From Octopus bimaculoides (lineage: Eukaryota), in the NCBI RefSeq assembly GCF_001194135.2, contig NC_068982.1, positions 142,477,064-142,541,063 of the forward strand: a DNA stretch of 64,000 nucleotides, in the 5' to 3' direction. The translations under genes were made by a program, and so were the position numbers. Shown in pieces: positions 1-13,033 of this stretch; the first letter of the stretch is position 1; each line of letters starts with the position of its first letter. Under the pieces are notes generated by a model. It saw only the letters and a list, made by a program, of their open reading frames with translations, was not told the DNA's origin and made no database searches.

Positions 1-109
1 CTACACGTAAAACTTGACGTTGTAAACATTCAAAGCAACACTCCTCATAATTATAGAATCCAACCAATAGAATAGTGACTAGACTCATGTTCTTATTAAA
101 TACCAAAAT

Positions 110-1190
110 GCATAGAGAAAGAATTTATTGTAGTTAGTCTCAAATTCATTTTCAAGAACAACTTTATGTTCGGAGAAAGCCTATCGGCAAAAGTCATGTC
201 GGGGCATGGAAGGTAAAGTTGCTCTGACATATGCCAATTTGGTAATGGGATACCATGAACGGAAAATATAATACAAATCTCTGAAGATTTTGGCGAAGGC
301 TTCGGTCTTGGTTTTAAAGACAACTAGAAAAAGGTTTCTTACTTTTACGCAGACGGTCATATACTTTTCAAAACACTACATTATGTCACCGTAAAAGCAT
401 TCAAAGCAACATTTCATTCAACCTGTCGAAACGTTTAAGCTTAATTGTTTCAAACCATGAAACAAGGAACCAAAAATTAGAAGAAATAAAAACATTCTTA
501 GGGAGAAAAACCTACATAAAATTATTTAATTCGGAAATAAGGGAGACAAACAATTTAACACATAAAACAACAAAATCTGAAAAGGAATAAAAGATGCTAT
601 CTCTTATATTTCAACTTTTAACCTAAAAAACCCCGAAATTTTCACGAATATGTGTCTAATAGTGCCAATATTATTACAGAGTAAAAAAAATAGCAACGTT
701 TTGGAGAATCATTCAATTATAAAAAAGTAAGAGGCAAACAAAATCACTTAAATGTAAACTGACCAATTCCGGTCTACATATAGAAATAGCAGACTCTAAA
801 GTAATTAAATGTAACCGAACAAACCGCAGAGTGCGTAGATACCAATTGGCATTTCTTGAATTCTACTTCAAAGATGTTTCTTCACAAATAAAAACAAATG
901 TTGCTGCGATTCGGACAACTTAACCTATATTATAATATATAACGTTTGCTGAGAACACTACACCGGACAAGCAGATGAGTGAACATAGAGATAATTGTGG
1001 AGGACAGTTCTTCCGTTTCTATCAGTGTAGCGAGTGAACGACGGAACAGCAGCAGAACAATAAAGAAATATATTTTATTAACAAATATAAAGCAAAGCTC
1101 AATGCAGTATGCTTCAGTTAACTCTGCACACTGGCAATATACGCATAGTGTTCCTGCAGCCGGTGACATCAAAACAATTGTTTACTAAAT
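110..1190 (+). mobile_element. Degenerate Penelope-like element (RT fragment, probable GIY-YIG remnant downstream)
   Basis: Manual translation gives LKFIFKNNFMFG (139-174), then after a frameshift GKVALTYANLVMGYHERKI (~211-267). These match the PLE RT motifs LKFILENNYF and GTKxAPxYANLxMG. Weak LTLHxxxIR-like residues lie near 1120-1150. Many stops and frameshifts; boundaries approximate. Confidence 0.6.
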
Positions 1191-1488
1191 AATAAAAAAA
1201 GTGTAATGAATACCAACGACTGATCTGACTGGAAAAAATGCAAATATAGCAGTTAATATATTTATGCTAATGTCTCTCTTGTGTATTATTTTGTAAATAA
1301 ATGTATGCTGACATATCCTGTCTCCTGTATGCATAAGTGGAAGCATGTATGTATATATTTGTATCCATGAGTGGAGGAGTGTATGCATAGATGTGTGTAT
1401 GTGTGTGTACACGTCTGTGTGCGTGTGTGCATGTAGATAAGAAAGAGGATAACGAAGGAATAAACGATTATCTTATGAACTGCATTAC

Positions 1489-1501
1489 CTTAGACCTGTT
1501 C
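1489..1501 (-). CDS. Candidate 13-nt exon of an unidentified minus-strand gene
   Basis: Minus strand reads tgcattttattgcag|GAACAGGTCTAAG|gtaatg. It joins in frame to the 4780-4814 candidate. Splice motifs only. Confidence 0.2.
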
Positions 1502-1706
1502 CTGCAATAAAATGCAGTGAACTCAAGCTGAGTGCCTCAATAACATCTTATAGCTTCAACAAAACCTCGAAAAATATGAAGTGAAATTTATTTTGAGATG
1601 AATTATATTTGTGCCTATATAAAGAACAGCATCAATAATAATAAAAGTGATGGGAATGTGTGCGAGTGCGTTAGTATATCTATATCTATACCTATCTATT
1701 CATATG

Positions 1707-1801
1707 TGTGCGTGTTCGTGTGTGTGTGTGTGCATGTGTGTGTGTGTGTGCGTGTGTGTGTGTGTGTGTCTATATGCACGTATATATATATATATATATA
1801 T
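1707..1801. repeat. (GT)n/(AT)n microsatellite running into an N gap
   Basis: Seen directly. The same pattern flanks most gaps (about 7150, 11220, 28880, 49760, 55030, 56660, 60880). Confidence 0.95.
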
Positions 1802-2317
1802 NNNNNNNNNNNNNNNNNNNNNNNNNNNNNNNNNNNNNNNNNNNNNNNNNNNNNNNNNNNNNNNNNNNNNNNNNNNNNNNNNNNNNNNNNNNNNNNNNNN
1901 NNNNNNNNNNNNNNNNNNNNNNNNNNNNNNNNNNNNNNNNNNNNNNNNNNNNNNNNNNNNNNNNNNNNNNNNNNNNNNNNNNNNNNNNNNNNNNNNNNNN
2001 NNNNNNNNNNNNNNNNNNNNNNNNNNNNNNNNNNNNNNNNNNNNNNNNNNNNNNNNNNNNNNNNNNNNNNNNNNNNNNNNNNNNNNNNNNNNNNNNNNNN
2101 NNNNNNNNNNNNNNTATATATATATATATATGTATAGGAAAATTTGTTGTTGAAAATACACCTACATTTGAAAAAACTTGCAATTGCTTTTAAATAAATT
2201 TGTTTACATACATACCAAACTAGTTTCAACAATATTTTTTTTTATCAATGGTAAAAATTTAAAATTACGAATGGGAAAAACATGTTTCAAAGTGTCAATG
2301 TTTACAAGTTTCAATAA

Positions 2318-2542
2318 AATCAAATATGATTTAAATGTTCATATTATAATATTCAATAATATTAAAAAAATGTGGATCATCTTGTATGAATGCGCAAAAT
2401 TCTATCGATAAGAAATGTGGATCAGCCAACATTCGGTCATACTGAGTCAAGATTCAATAATATCAAATATGATTTAAATGTTCATAACATTCAATAATAT
2501 AACCAATGTGAATCATCTTGTTTAAGTGTACACAATTCCATA
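2318..2542 (+). repeat. Imperfect direct repeat (~85 bp units)
   Basis: atcaaatatgatttaaatgttcata...ttcaataatat...aatgtg.atcatcttgt occurs at ~2319 and ~2462. Confidence 0.8.
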
Positions 2543-2719
2543 GTGTTACAAGTGGTCGATAAGAAAAATACTGGTGACGTCTTATTTTTCTGGTTGTCAA
2601 GCTTTTCTATCTGCTTGGTTGGCTTCCCTGTGAGGAACGGTCATCAGCCGTTCCAGTTGGTTGATTTTATTAAAGGGTCATTCTGTTTATTTGCTGAAGT
2701 TCGGTTTTAATCGGAGGTA

Positions 2720-2902
2720 AAACTTCATTGGTCTAGAGTTATTGAAGTCAGCAACTGGTGTTTGTAAGGTGATTTGGCGTTGTGGTTTGAAACAATAAAA
2801 CTTTAGTAACATTCTTCCACTCGGGTTTCAAAACCGCAACTCCAAATCACCATAACATAACACCAGTTGCGGGCGTCACCTAACTCTAGATCAATGAAAT
2901 TT
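2720..2902. repeat. Long imperfect inverted repeat (foldback/MITE-like)
   Basis: The left arm ttcattggtctagagtta...gcaactggtgttt...ggtgatttggcgttgtggtttgaaac is the near reverse complement of gtttcaaaaccgcaactccaaatcacc...aacaccagttgc...taactctagatcaatgaa. Arms are about 75 bp with a loop of about 30 nt. Confidence 0.85.
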
Positions 2903-2959
2903 GACAAACACCAGTTGATATTACTACTGTTTAACCCCATACTATACTATATATCTTTA

Positions 2960-3185
2960 AAGCAACACACAGTTCCTATCAACGGAACAGCTTGCTTGTG
3001 AGATTAACATGCAAGTGAATGAGCACTCGACAGACAGGCGTACTCCTTCACATACTTCTCTGTGAGATTTAGCGTGACACAGAGTGTGATAAATCCGGTC
3101 CCTTGAAATACAAGTATTACTCATTTTTGCCAGCTGAGTGGATTGGACCAATGTGAAATAAAGTGTCTTGCTCAAAGATACAACT
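2960..3185 (-). mobile_element. SINE, family C (head lost)
   Basis: Shares ttaac.tg.aagtg..tga..ac...acaga...ggagatt.agc.tgacacag with the copy at 19578-19925. Also contains the gtgtcttgctcaa box typical of tRNA-derived SINE bodies. Confidence 0.7.
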
Positions 3186-3991
3186 CTGAGGTTGTTTGGG
3201 CAGAATGTTGAATAGTTGTGGACCCTATAAACTCGACTATTACAGTCCCCAGTCCAAGGTAATATGCAATCCTGTTCAGTTCGGTGTTTGATATAAATTT
3301 CAATTCCAAGGTTGGGGATCAGACCTACCAGGATCTTCAATATGTGTATCACTCCATACATTTCATGTCTTCTCTCTGCCTCATACATCCTCAGTTCTAC
3401 TAGCCCCTTCCAGTAACTCATCTGTTGCACCAAATCCGTGTTTGTATTGTGCCGCTGGATTGCCTCGAGCTCCGCTGTTAACTTCATGCTCTCCGATGAT
3501 CACAACTGGGAGCAGTAATCCAGGCGACTAAGGATGAATATCTCCGTAGGAGTAGCATGATACCCTTTTCTCAGTTCTGCACTGAATGATATCAGAATGC
3601 CAACTGCCACTTGTGTACGCATTGTTCCCATATTGGTAATGTGCACAGGGAAAATTACATCACTGTTCATGTGGATTCCCAGGTCACGCACCAACTGTGA
3701 ATTTGGGTTTGCACTACCTGCTAATCCAATGTATTCCGATTGTAGCCTGTTTATGGTCCAACAGTAGGGTGTTTTGAAATTTCCCAGTATTGAATTGCAT
3801 GTTATTTTCATCATCACGACTGTATATTATATTAGGCCTTTCTGCAGTTTTAGGATACCACCTCCTGCGATACTTTCTTTCATCAACGTAGCTGGTGCGA
3901 GTGATTGATTTTATGACTGTGGCCATGTCTGAGAGAGCCAACACAGAGATTAGAGGACCCAGTACAGGGAGCCCGTTGTGAACTGATGTCT

Positions 3992-4042
<51 letters not shown>

Positions 4043-4437
4043 GAGAGAGGGAGAAAGAGAGAGAGCACCATTGACTGCAACTATCTAAATTCTGTCAATT
4101 AAAAAGTCATGCAACCACTCTCCAAGTTTCCTAGCGATACCAACGTCATGCAGTTTGTGACATCTTCCTATAATCAACAATGTCGAAGTCAAAATGTTGA
4201 ATGCTGTAGTAGTTGAGTGAAACAGCTTAACAGAAGCTACGTTGCATGTTTGTGAGCAAGTTATTTTCTTCCAGGAACGTGATCAGTCTCCTCCTGACAA
4301 TGCGTTCCGCGACCTTCCTAACACGTGAGGTTGGAGAGACAGGCCTGTATTTTTTAGTATATGATCTGCTTAATCTTATAATTTCCTTTAACACTTTGAA
4401 AAGTTTAAGAAAATATTGTAAAAGTTTCTCCATTGGT
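3185..4437 (-). mobile_element. CR1/L2-type LINE reverse-transcriptase fragment (dead)
   Basis: Minus-strand frames give YRPVSPTSRVRKVAERIVRRRLITFLEENNLL, CHKLHDVGI..KLGEWLHDFL, VLGPL, ENNMQFNTGKFQ, VRDLGIHM, FILSRLDYCSQL, ELEAIQR, ERRHEMYGVIHILKIL and GPQLFNILPK. This is the canonical motif order, with frameshifts. Interrupted by (GA)n at ~3996-4065. Confidence 0.9.
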
Positions 4438-4439
4438 TT

Positions 4440-4522
4440 AATACATACATACATACATACATACATACACACATACATACATACATACATACATACATAC
4501 ATACATACATACATACATACAT
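4440..4522. repeat. (ATAC)n tetranucleotide microsatellite
   Basis: Seen directly. Confidence 0.95.
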
Positions 4523-4779
4523 GTGTATGTGGATATGTACATATACACAACGAGTAGAGGAATATAGATTAAAAAGGCAAGTTTACATAGAATGTTTGGA
4601 ATGTTTATCTGTACCATTATCATTTATAGCTTTCTATATCATAAAACATGTTACTGGTGAGTTTGATAGTGATAATCAACCAGTTTATATAAAAAAATAG
4701 GAAGCTGAAAAACTTTTAATCAATATGAATATTTTTAAAAAATCAAGAACTAATGGTAATTCAGTCGGGAGATACTCAC

Positions 4780-4814
4780 CTTTGACCTCGTTATTGTAAG
4801 TTTCTAATGTTATG
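4780..4814 (-). CDS. Candidate 35-nt internal exon (ITLETYNNEVK) of an unidentified minus-strand gene
   Basis: catctgccatgtactccag|CATAACATTAGAAACTTACAATAACGAGGTCAAAG|gtgagt has a perfect donor, and only one frame is open. No homology recognised. Confidence 0.3.
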
Positions 4815-5895
4815 CTGGAGTACATGGCAGATGAATATATATAATACAGACATATATATACAAATAACCAAGTGCATACATACATGTATGCATCAGTGTG
4901 TATCAGTGTGTATCTGTATGTATTTTGTGGATATATCTTTACTATTTTTCACATGCATTCAAGTTGCTTTCTCAAGGCCAAACTAAAATGTAGTCATTCT
5001 AATAATAGATATAACGATCATATTTTATGATGTTCATCCTCGTATGTCTTGAACTTCAGTTTTAATTTCCATCGCCACATACTTCGAAGTAACTCGAGAT
5101 ACGATTTGCCAGACATATAAATCAGCCCTAATAACTTACACATGTCCTTTGCGTGAGTAAGAAAGATGTGGACTCGGACGTGATATGTAATCTACTTCCG
5201 TTCAGTGTTCACTTGATATATAACCTATTCTATCAAAAGTAAATAATCACTTGAATTTCTAGAGTCTCCCTATGAACCACCGAATTTGGCTATACTTAAG
5301 TGCAACATATTCTCTCCATTGATTTTTTTTTCATAATGAGATTTAATTGCGTTCTTGAGGCATTGATTTCATTAAGTGAAGGTAATTACGATTAAATTAT
5401 CTTATAACTTGTTCTTTAACATATGCCTGATAGACTAAGGCAATGTTTCAATGATGTTGATGTATAGCGAGTTTAGACATTAAAGACTCAAGAACGGCAT
5501 ATTACTAAGTCTACGATTTAATAACTTCATCAAAAGCGCCTGCGAGGCTGATACTAGAAAATGATATCACATAATACAAAATTAATATTGTTACGATGTA
5601 TATGAAAATAGTGCATATATCTGTCTTGAAATTCAATTGTATTGTACTATTGTCGTATGAATGTCAACGGAAAATATAATTGTTATCAGATTTATTTACA
5701 GAGAATCAAAGAGAGAATTCTCTCTCTACCCTTGTTAATTTAGATGTTCATTAACTGACATCATTTAGTGGCTAGCATTAGATCTTGTTCGCATAATTAA
5801 TATATTTAATGAACAATATTAATAATATCTAGGTAAGGATACGATTCATAGATACTGAAATACATAGACGCACACGAGGCCTATTAAGAGATTGT

Positions 5896-5958
5896 TATAA
5901 AAGGGGAGCGGTGGACGAGCATTGGCAATAACACACGGAGCCATTTATTCCAGTAAGC
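5896..5958 (+). promoter_or_regulatory. Candidate TATA-box promoter with 26-nt non-coding first exon
   Basis: TATAAAAGGGG at 5896, a CA initiator-like dinucleotide about 31 nt downstream (5926-5927), and the donor CCA|GTAAGC at 5953. The surrounding sequence is unique and locally GC/CpG-richer. Confidence 0.35.
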
Positions 5959-7147
5959 ATACAGACGTCACATAAACTACATAGATATGTAGCATACATT
6001 TTATTGCTTCATTTACGATGCATTCCAGACTCCGGCAGCTCCCAAAAGAACGACTAACTGGAACAATATTTGAGATTAAGTCAATAAGATGTTAGAGTAA
6101 TCAAACATCATACATATATTCCGTTTCATTTGAATACCATCAGACCATCAATTATTTATATTTATTTTATGCAGTACTATATGAGAATTGTAGCCGTAGT
6201 GCTATAAACCTAGTGTACAGAGTCGAAACACTTTAATGAAATGTAGAAAGGCATGCGGTATGGAACATCCCATTTACCTACTTTTCTAAGCCTGGTGCCT
6301 AAAGTATCGTAAAACGTAAATCAATATGTCAGTTTAATATGTCAAACTATTTATATTTGCATTTGTTTGCGGTTCTTTTTTCTACTAGTTTTTAGATGAT
6401 ACGACAGATTGCATCACACAAACAAAAACAATTTAAATAACAAAACAAAAAAAAATGCTCTTGTCATTATTCTAATACTGAAATAATGATGTTTGATTAA
6501 TTACTTTAGGTAATTATTTAGGGAACGAAAATCTAATTTTCCTACGTTCTATAGTTGCAAGCATTGAATAGATATCTTATTCTGTTTAATGATTTATTTT
6601 TATCTCTTTATCGTAGTTAGAGAACAAAAGCTTCATTATTTACAGGATTTCAGTCACTGGTTCACTGCATTCCTGACAGTCACTCTGACAAAGGAGTGTC
6701 TAGATCGATGCCAAACAAATATTTTAAGGAACTGCATTCGGAAACAGCCGTCTCTTCAGGTTTTTTAGCTGATGATAATATAGTCCACCGATTTATAACA
6801 AAAAAAAAAAGAAAATCCAAACAACCTAAAAATGATTCACCTTCGATTTCCGCGTGGTGAATTCAGTCGTTCGATCAAATGAACTAGATGTTCAGTCAAT
6901 TAGCATACATGTGGCTGAATGTTCCAGGGATATGAGTATCCTAAATTTTTTTATAGATTCATTGCAGCCCTGTGTGTGACATTAAATCTAGAACTTTGAT
7001 ATGAAAGCAGAGTCCATCTGATGGATTGTCAAACTAGCTGTAATATTAAGGCGTGGATCAGCCAGGGCAATGGTAAATATTGTTTGACGTAAAAGTTAAC
7101 TATTTAGTCACAAATACATTTACACCCACGCAGACACCCACGCACCC

Positions 7148-7182
<35 letters not shown>

Positions 7183-8561
7183 NNNNNNNNNNNNNNNNNN
7201 NNNNNNNNNNNNNNNNNNNNNNNNNNNNNNNNNNNNNNNNNNNNNNNNNNNNNNNNNNNNNNNNNNNNNNTATAGTTTTAGGGAAAATAACCAATTTTCA
7301 AGAACTCATCGATGAAAATCCACTATCACATATAGAAAAATTAATAATTAAAAGCACAATAAATGAGTATAATATAAAGTAAATATCATAAGATAAATAT
7401 AATAAAAAGATTACACGTGTTTCATAACCAATTTTCAAATAGAAAAGAAATTTAAATCGATTAAAATCAATTGAAATTATCGAAAATAAGTTCTATTCAA
7501 AAATATAGCTACTCGTCAAAAGAAAATGCCAAAAGAAAATCGGAGAACAAAATATGTTCAATAGTTGATTGTAATTCGGATATACATCAATTTACATGGA
7601 GTTCTAAGCATCGGTTAACCATTATGCTCTCTCATTCGAAATAATAATTTTCGTGCACACACAGACGCACATACAAACAAAAGACTCACCCCCCCCCCCC
7701 NNNNNNNNNNNNNNNNNNNNNNNNNNACACACACACACGCACGCATGTATATGTATATGTATGCATCTATATACAGTGTTTTTATAATCTAATACTTACG
7801 TTCAACTGATTACATAAACAACTTGGTTAGAGAATAACTTCAAACACGTATTTAATGCATTCGTATTAAATACAATCGGAATATCAATAATTCGTTTTGT
7901 AATGATTTTCTTAGTATATATATGATTCATGTTAATAGTAATCTAGTTTATCCCTCATTGAATAATGATGTAATAACACAAGGCCAAAATAGGAGAGGAC
8001 TGTTTAGTCGGACGCTCTGTTAGAAATATCTGATAAACTGATAAAGTATACTGCATTAAGGCGTACTATGATATATGTATATATATATATACATTTCGCC
8101 ATGATAGATCGCAAGTCACTAAACCCTTTTTCTATTTTCTCTCCCTGTTTATTTCTGTGTTCCTTTGCGTGGAAGAGCGTAGGCTTGAAATGCAAGACTT
8201 TCTCACTTCCCGAGCATTAAACTAATCCATTTGTTTATTGTTTACACACCCGTCTTCATCTTTTGATTGTTTGTAAATTCTCACTATATATATATATATA
8301 TGTTCTGACTGTCAGAACAACATTGACTGAATAAATCCCGAAGAATATGTGAAGTATATAGTATTTATTACAAATCTGTTAAAGACGTCTTGAAGTTCTG
8401 CTACTGCTGTGATATTCGAATAGTCTAAATGAGACCTCAAAGGTAATGTAATCTGATATATAATACTTGATCGAAGTATCGCTAACGTATTCAAGAGCGA
8501 AGGGATGTGTTTATATATGTAGATATACATTTGTGCGTAAGCATTCATGTATGTGTCTGTT

Positions 8562-8564
<3 letters not shown>

Positions 8565-8649
<85 letters not shown>
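8565..8649. repeat. (GA)n microsatellite
   Basis: Seen directly. It explains the poly-ER and poly-SL ORFs. Confidence 0.95.
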
Positions 8650-8652
<3 letters not shown>

Positions 8653-10594
8653 GGAAAAATAGAGTGACGTCGTAGAAAATATGAATTCTTATCGAATAGT
8701 ACTTACACAGAAATAGTGCAGGCACAGACACATATGTATGTGTATGTGTTTCAGATTTTACATACGTATTTCATTCGTCGCTTTAAATATGTTCTTATTT
8801 CACTTCAACACACACACACACACGCACAAACGCACACACACACAGATGTCTCCACATACATTCATATATATGAACACTACCAAGTTTACATCCGTATTAT
8901 ATTTCCATATATTTTATACATGATGTACGAGATTTTTCCCCATTTAAAAAAAAAAAATAATAATAGTAATTTTCTTCCTTTCATATTTTACGACTAAATA
9001 CGTCTATCAATTGCCCCAACACAACCACATACATACACACATACACGCACACATACACACACACACTTTGTTATATACTTTCCCGCATATCTTATCCTCC
9101 ATTAGAATTTCGTGACAAATTGAAGTGCATTTATAATCCATTGTTACGTAATTGTAGCGATGTCCATTCCATTTGCTATAAAATGAAAGTTTCAAACCTC
9201 GACGTAAATGCAATGAGAATACTTTGAAGAGTATTATTATAGGAACATTTCCCACGGCCATTTTTAACGTTTCTTCTCCTTATTTCAAAACCTGTTGTTC
9301 GGATACTTCTTTTTTCTGCGTTCTCTTTTTTTATATATATAGCTTTAGTAGTCTGTGTCAACTCTACCACTGTTTGATGTAATTTACTGCTTCCATTTTA
9401 AATTATATTTTCATTTTTTTCATCTCTTATTCCTATTTCCTATCTTTTCTTTTCTTCTGCTTTCGTTTGCTTTCAATATCTTTCTTCTCTTTCATATTTC
9501 TTTCCTTCCCCCTTTATCTCTTTTTCCGTTTGCTTGCCTAGTTTTCTGCCTCTGTCTTATTTATCATCCTTGTCATCATCCTTATCTTCACCGTCGTCGT
9601 CGTCCACATCGTGATTGTTAGCTTCGTCGTCGTTGTCATCGTCATCATCATTATCATTCTCAGAACTTTCTATTGCGTTCTTACTTATTAACAGTCTGTT
9701 TTTTTTTGTTTGTTATTAATGAACCATTAAGGTTGTTTCGGGAATATGACATGGGCCTGCTTGTGATTTAACACCGAATGGATTGAACCTTTAGCTTAAC
9801 TTTCTCCGTTTTTATTGACCATTCTCCAAATTTCTTACAAAGCAATAAACCGTCAACCTTTTAGTGGGGCTGTTCTAGACTACACATTTGTTTATGCTCA
9901 TTCTATACTTTCAGCTACGTCCGCTGAAAAGAGTTGAAGTCAGTGGCATTCATATATGCTTCATATAGATGCGAACTATGTGCTAAAAGCTAACTCATAA
10001 AATAAACGGAAATCCACATCGTAATGTTACCTTTAGTGTATGGCTTTGCTAATATTAGCAAAAGCTGCCTATTATATGCGTCAGTTATATTGCTGACTCT
10101 CGTACGCGTGGGTCTCCTTAGATGATACGTTACAATTCTCTGGATGCCTACAATCAACACTGATATTGCTATTCTGAAGAGCTGCAGAGTTCAATAGCCC
10201 AGCATTTGGTTGGCCCATTTACCCATGTTTGTGACATTCACGAAAATTCCTTACTTAACTTAAAGGTCTGTAGGTACGTGACACTTCGTTATGCAAACAC
10301 ATACTATGAATATACTAAATATTTTTATAAGTCGGTAACACGTCCCACTACGTCAACAGTGCTTCCTACATTATTTTTAAGGTCGTTTGCTACAAATATT
10401 CTATAGAAGTTTTTATGGAATATTTATAGAAACAACCTTAAAAATAATTACTGAGGTACGTTTAGGACATATTAAACAAAAACAATTTCCTTAGATCAAA
10501 ATTAACCCAGAGTGGTCATTGCATAGTTATGTACAACAGAAGAATACAGGTATATCAAATACCAGATAATATAAAATTAAATCTTAACTGATTA

Positions 10595-10720
10595 ACATTA
10601 TCACCTCCTATAGAAGATATGATACAATTACCAACTGACAATTGAGAATAGTTCGAAGGCTCGAGGATTTATCCAAAGATCGTGTACCATTAAGAAAATG
10701 GGGTGGTTTATTTTCTGGAA
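10595..10720 (+). mobile_element. Possible RTE-clade LINE C-terminal remnant
   Basis: PPIEDMIQ, then a frameshift, then QLRIVRRLED..RVP. This resembles RTE PSIE.MI...QLRW.GHV.RM...R.P. Very degenerate. Confidence 0.3.
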
Positions 10721-10921
10721 ATACTGAAGACAGTCGTAGACACGATTCTTTGCCTCGTTTACAGCATATTGTTACAACAAAGTTTCTAATCATACACAAC
10801 CAGCAAATACAATTATATCGAATTAACGCTTTCTACATAAAATAGACATACAGCAACATCGTGTTTTATATCATGCGAATGTATTTGTATCATTGCATTC
10901 TATATATTTTACAGAATCTTC

Positions 10922-10971
<50 letters not shown>

Positions 10972-12639
10972 ACACACGAACATATGTATATACGCACATA
11001 CATACAGGCATACATGCATGCATACATAATATAGATGTGAGAACATTTTGCAAACAAGCTTAGAGGGATAGAGTGAGTCGGTATTCTAGAAAATATAAAG
11101 GAATTATCGAACGTAAGGTGGCTAAGGAGGCTCGCTGGCCAGTTTCTTTCCGATGGGTATTTATCCGCTTTCGTAATCTGTCTTCACAGCCATCCAGTAT
11201 TTGAGAATTCTTTTATTTCATATATATATGTGTGTGTGTGTGTGTGTGTTTGTGTGTGTGTTTATGTGTGTGTGTATGCATGTGTGTGCGTGCGTGCGTG
11301 TATTATATATGCATATATATACCTATATATTTATGTATACATGTATACATATATATATNNNNNNNNNNNNNNNNNNNNNNNNNNNNNNNNNNNNNNNNNN
11401 NNNNNNNNNNNNNNNNNNNNNNNNNNNNNNNNNNNNNNNNNNNNNNNNNNNNNNNNNNNNNNNNNNNNNNNNNNNNNNNNNNNNNNNNNNNNNNNNNNNN
11501 NNNNNNNNNNNNNNNNNNNNNNNNNNNNNNNNNNNNNNNNNNNNNNNNNNNNNNNNNNNNNNNNNNNNNNNNNNNNNNNNNNNNNNNNNNNNNNNNNNNN
11601 NNNNNNNNNNNNNNNNNNNNNNNNNNNNNNNNNNNNNNNNNNNNNNNNNNNNNNNNNNNNNNNNNNNNNNNNNNNNNNNNNNNNNNNNNNNNNNNNNNNN
11701 NNNNNNNNNNNNNNNNNNNNNNNNNNNNNNNNNNNNNNNNNNNNNNNNNNNNNNNNNNNNNNNNNNNNNNNNNNNNNNNNNNNNNNNNNNNNNNNNNNNN
11801 NNNNNNNNNNNNNNNNNNNNNNNNNNNNNNNNNNNNNNNNNNNNNNNNNNNNNNNNNNNNNNNNNNNNNNNNNNNNNNNNNNNNNNNNNNNNNNNNNNNN
11901 NNNNNNNNNNNNNNNNNNNNNNNNNNNNNNNNNNNNNNNNNNNNNNNNNNNNNNNNNNNNNNNNNNNNNNNNNNNNNNNNNNNNNNNNNNNNNNNNNNNN
12001 NNNNNNNNNNNNNNNNNNNNNNNNNNNNNNNNNNNNNNNNNNNNNNNNNNNNNNNNNNNNNNNNNNNNNNNNNNNNNNNNNNNNNTATATATATATATAT
12101 ATGTATATCACGTTTACATGTGTTCCAAAGATTGTTTATTCGTAACAAAATTCAGTCATCGTCTTAAATATAATTAGAAGAGAAAGTTAGCAATCGAAAT
12201 GAAAAAAATTCTAAGTGTGAAAATATAACGATTGATGTTGCGATTTACTTTTTGCATGAAAATTTAAGTATATAACACACACCTCAGATTTTACTCTCAC
12301 GCAAATCATTGCAATAAAAGAACAGATATATTTATTCATTCATTTATTTATTTTTTTGTTTTAAATATCGTAATGTCAATTTCCGGGGGCATTCTTACAA
12401 AGGTTAACATATTTTAGTTCTTTGCCAAAAATGACGGTGGGGGAAATCTTATTAATATTTTGATTACTTGAAATCAATACTGTCCATGGATGTAAGAAGA
12501 GATACATCGAGTTTGACCTGTGAGGTCTAAGTAATTATTGAGATGTAATAAACGTTTAGTCGAAGTTTACTTTTAACTGAAACCTATGTTTGGGCGTAAA
12601 GTCGGAAAGAAGCCAGTAATTGAAGATACAGGACAGAAA

Positions 12640-12850
12640 AATCAATAACTTATCTTATTGGACAGATGGAAGGCTTTATTGGTGGTCAGGCTATACCGGA
12701 TATCTGGGGGAAAGGTGATAGAGGACAATCTAGAAAAGGGAAAGATGAAATGAAATACGTACTGAGAGAGATTTTGACTGATAACGGTCTGTGAAACTTC
12801 ATTGAACCTATCAACTCTGTACGATGTGTAAATCAAACAATATTCGTTTT
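12640..12850 (-). mobile_element. Possible Penelope-like RT remnant
   Basis: The minus-strand frame SQYVFHF...PPDIRYSL loosely resembles the PLE QYLHF.S.HP....IPYSL segment. Confidence 0.2.
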
Positions 12851-13033
12851 CTCAAGTGATCCAATATCTCCGGTGTTCGTAATAACGTTGCTTTCATTTT
12901 ACCGGCGGAAACATCAACATGTGAACTTTCCTTGACAACGTCTAAGGGCTTATCTCCAAAACCTAAAGGGTATATGAATATTTGCCAATACGTTTATACA
13001 GACAAATCTTCAATATGAATTATTTCAAGTTGT

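Noticed and set aside
2634-2654. Hairpin whose minus-strand loop reads CUGAUGA (hammerhead-like)
   Set aside because: The box is enclosed by a single stem, and there is no stem II-GAAA-stem III arrangement (GAAG follows, with poor pairing).
5830-5838. Other AG|GTAAG juxtapositions (5832, also ~13769)
   Set aside because: They have no polypyrimidine tract, so they are not recursive-site candidates.
7800-7805. 6-nt minus-strand microexon-like site (cag|TTGAAC|gtaagt)
   Set aside because: It would put a TGA in frame with the 4780-4814 candidate, and such matches are expected by chance.
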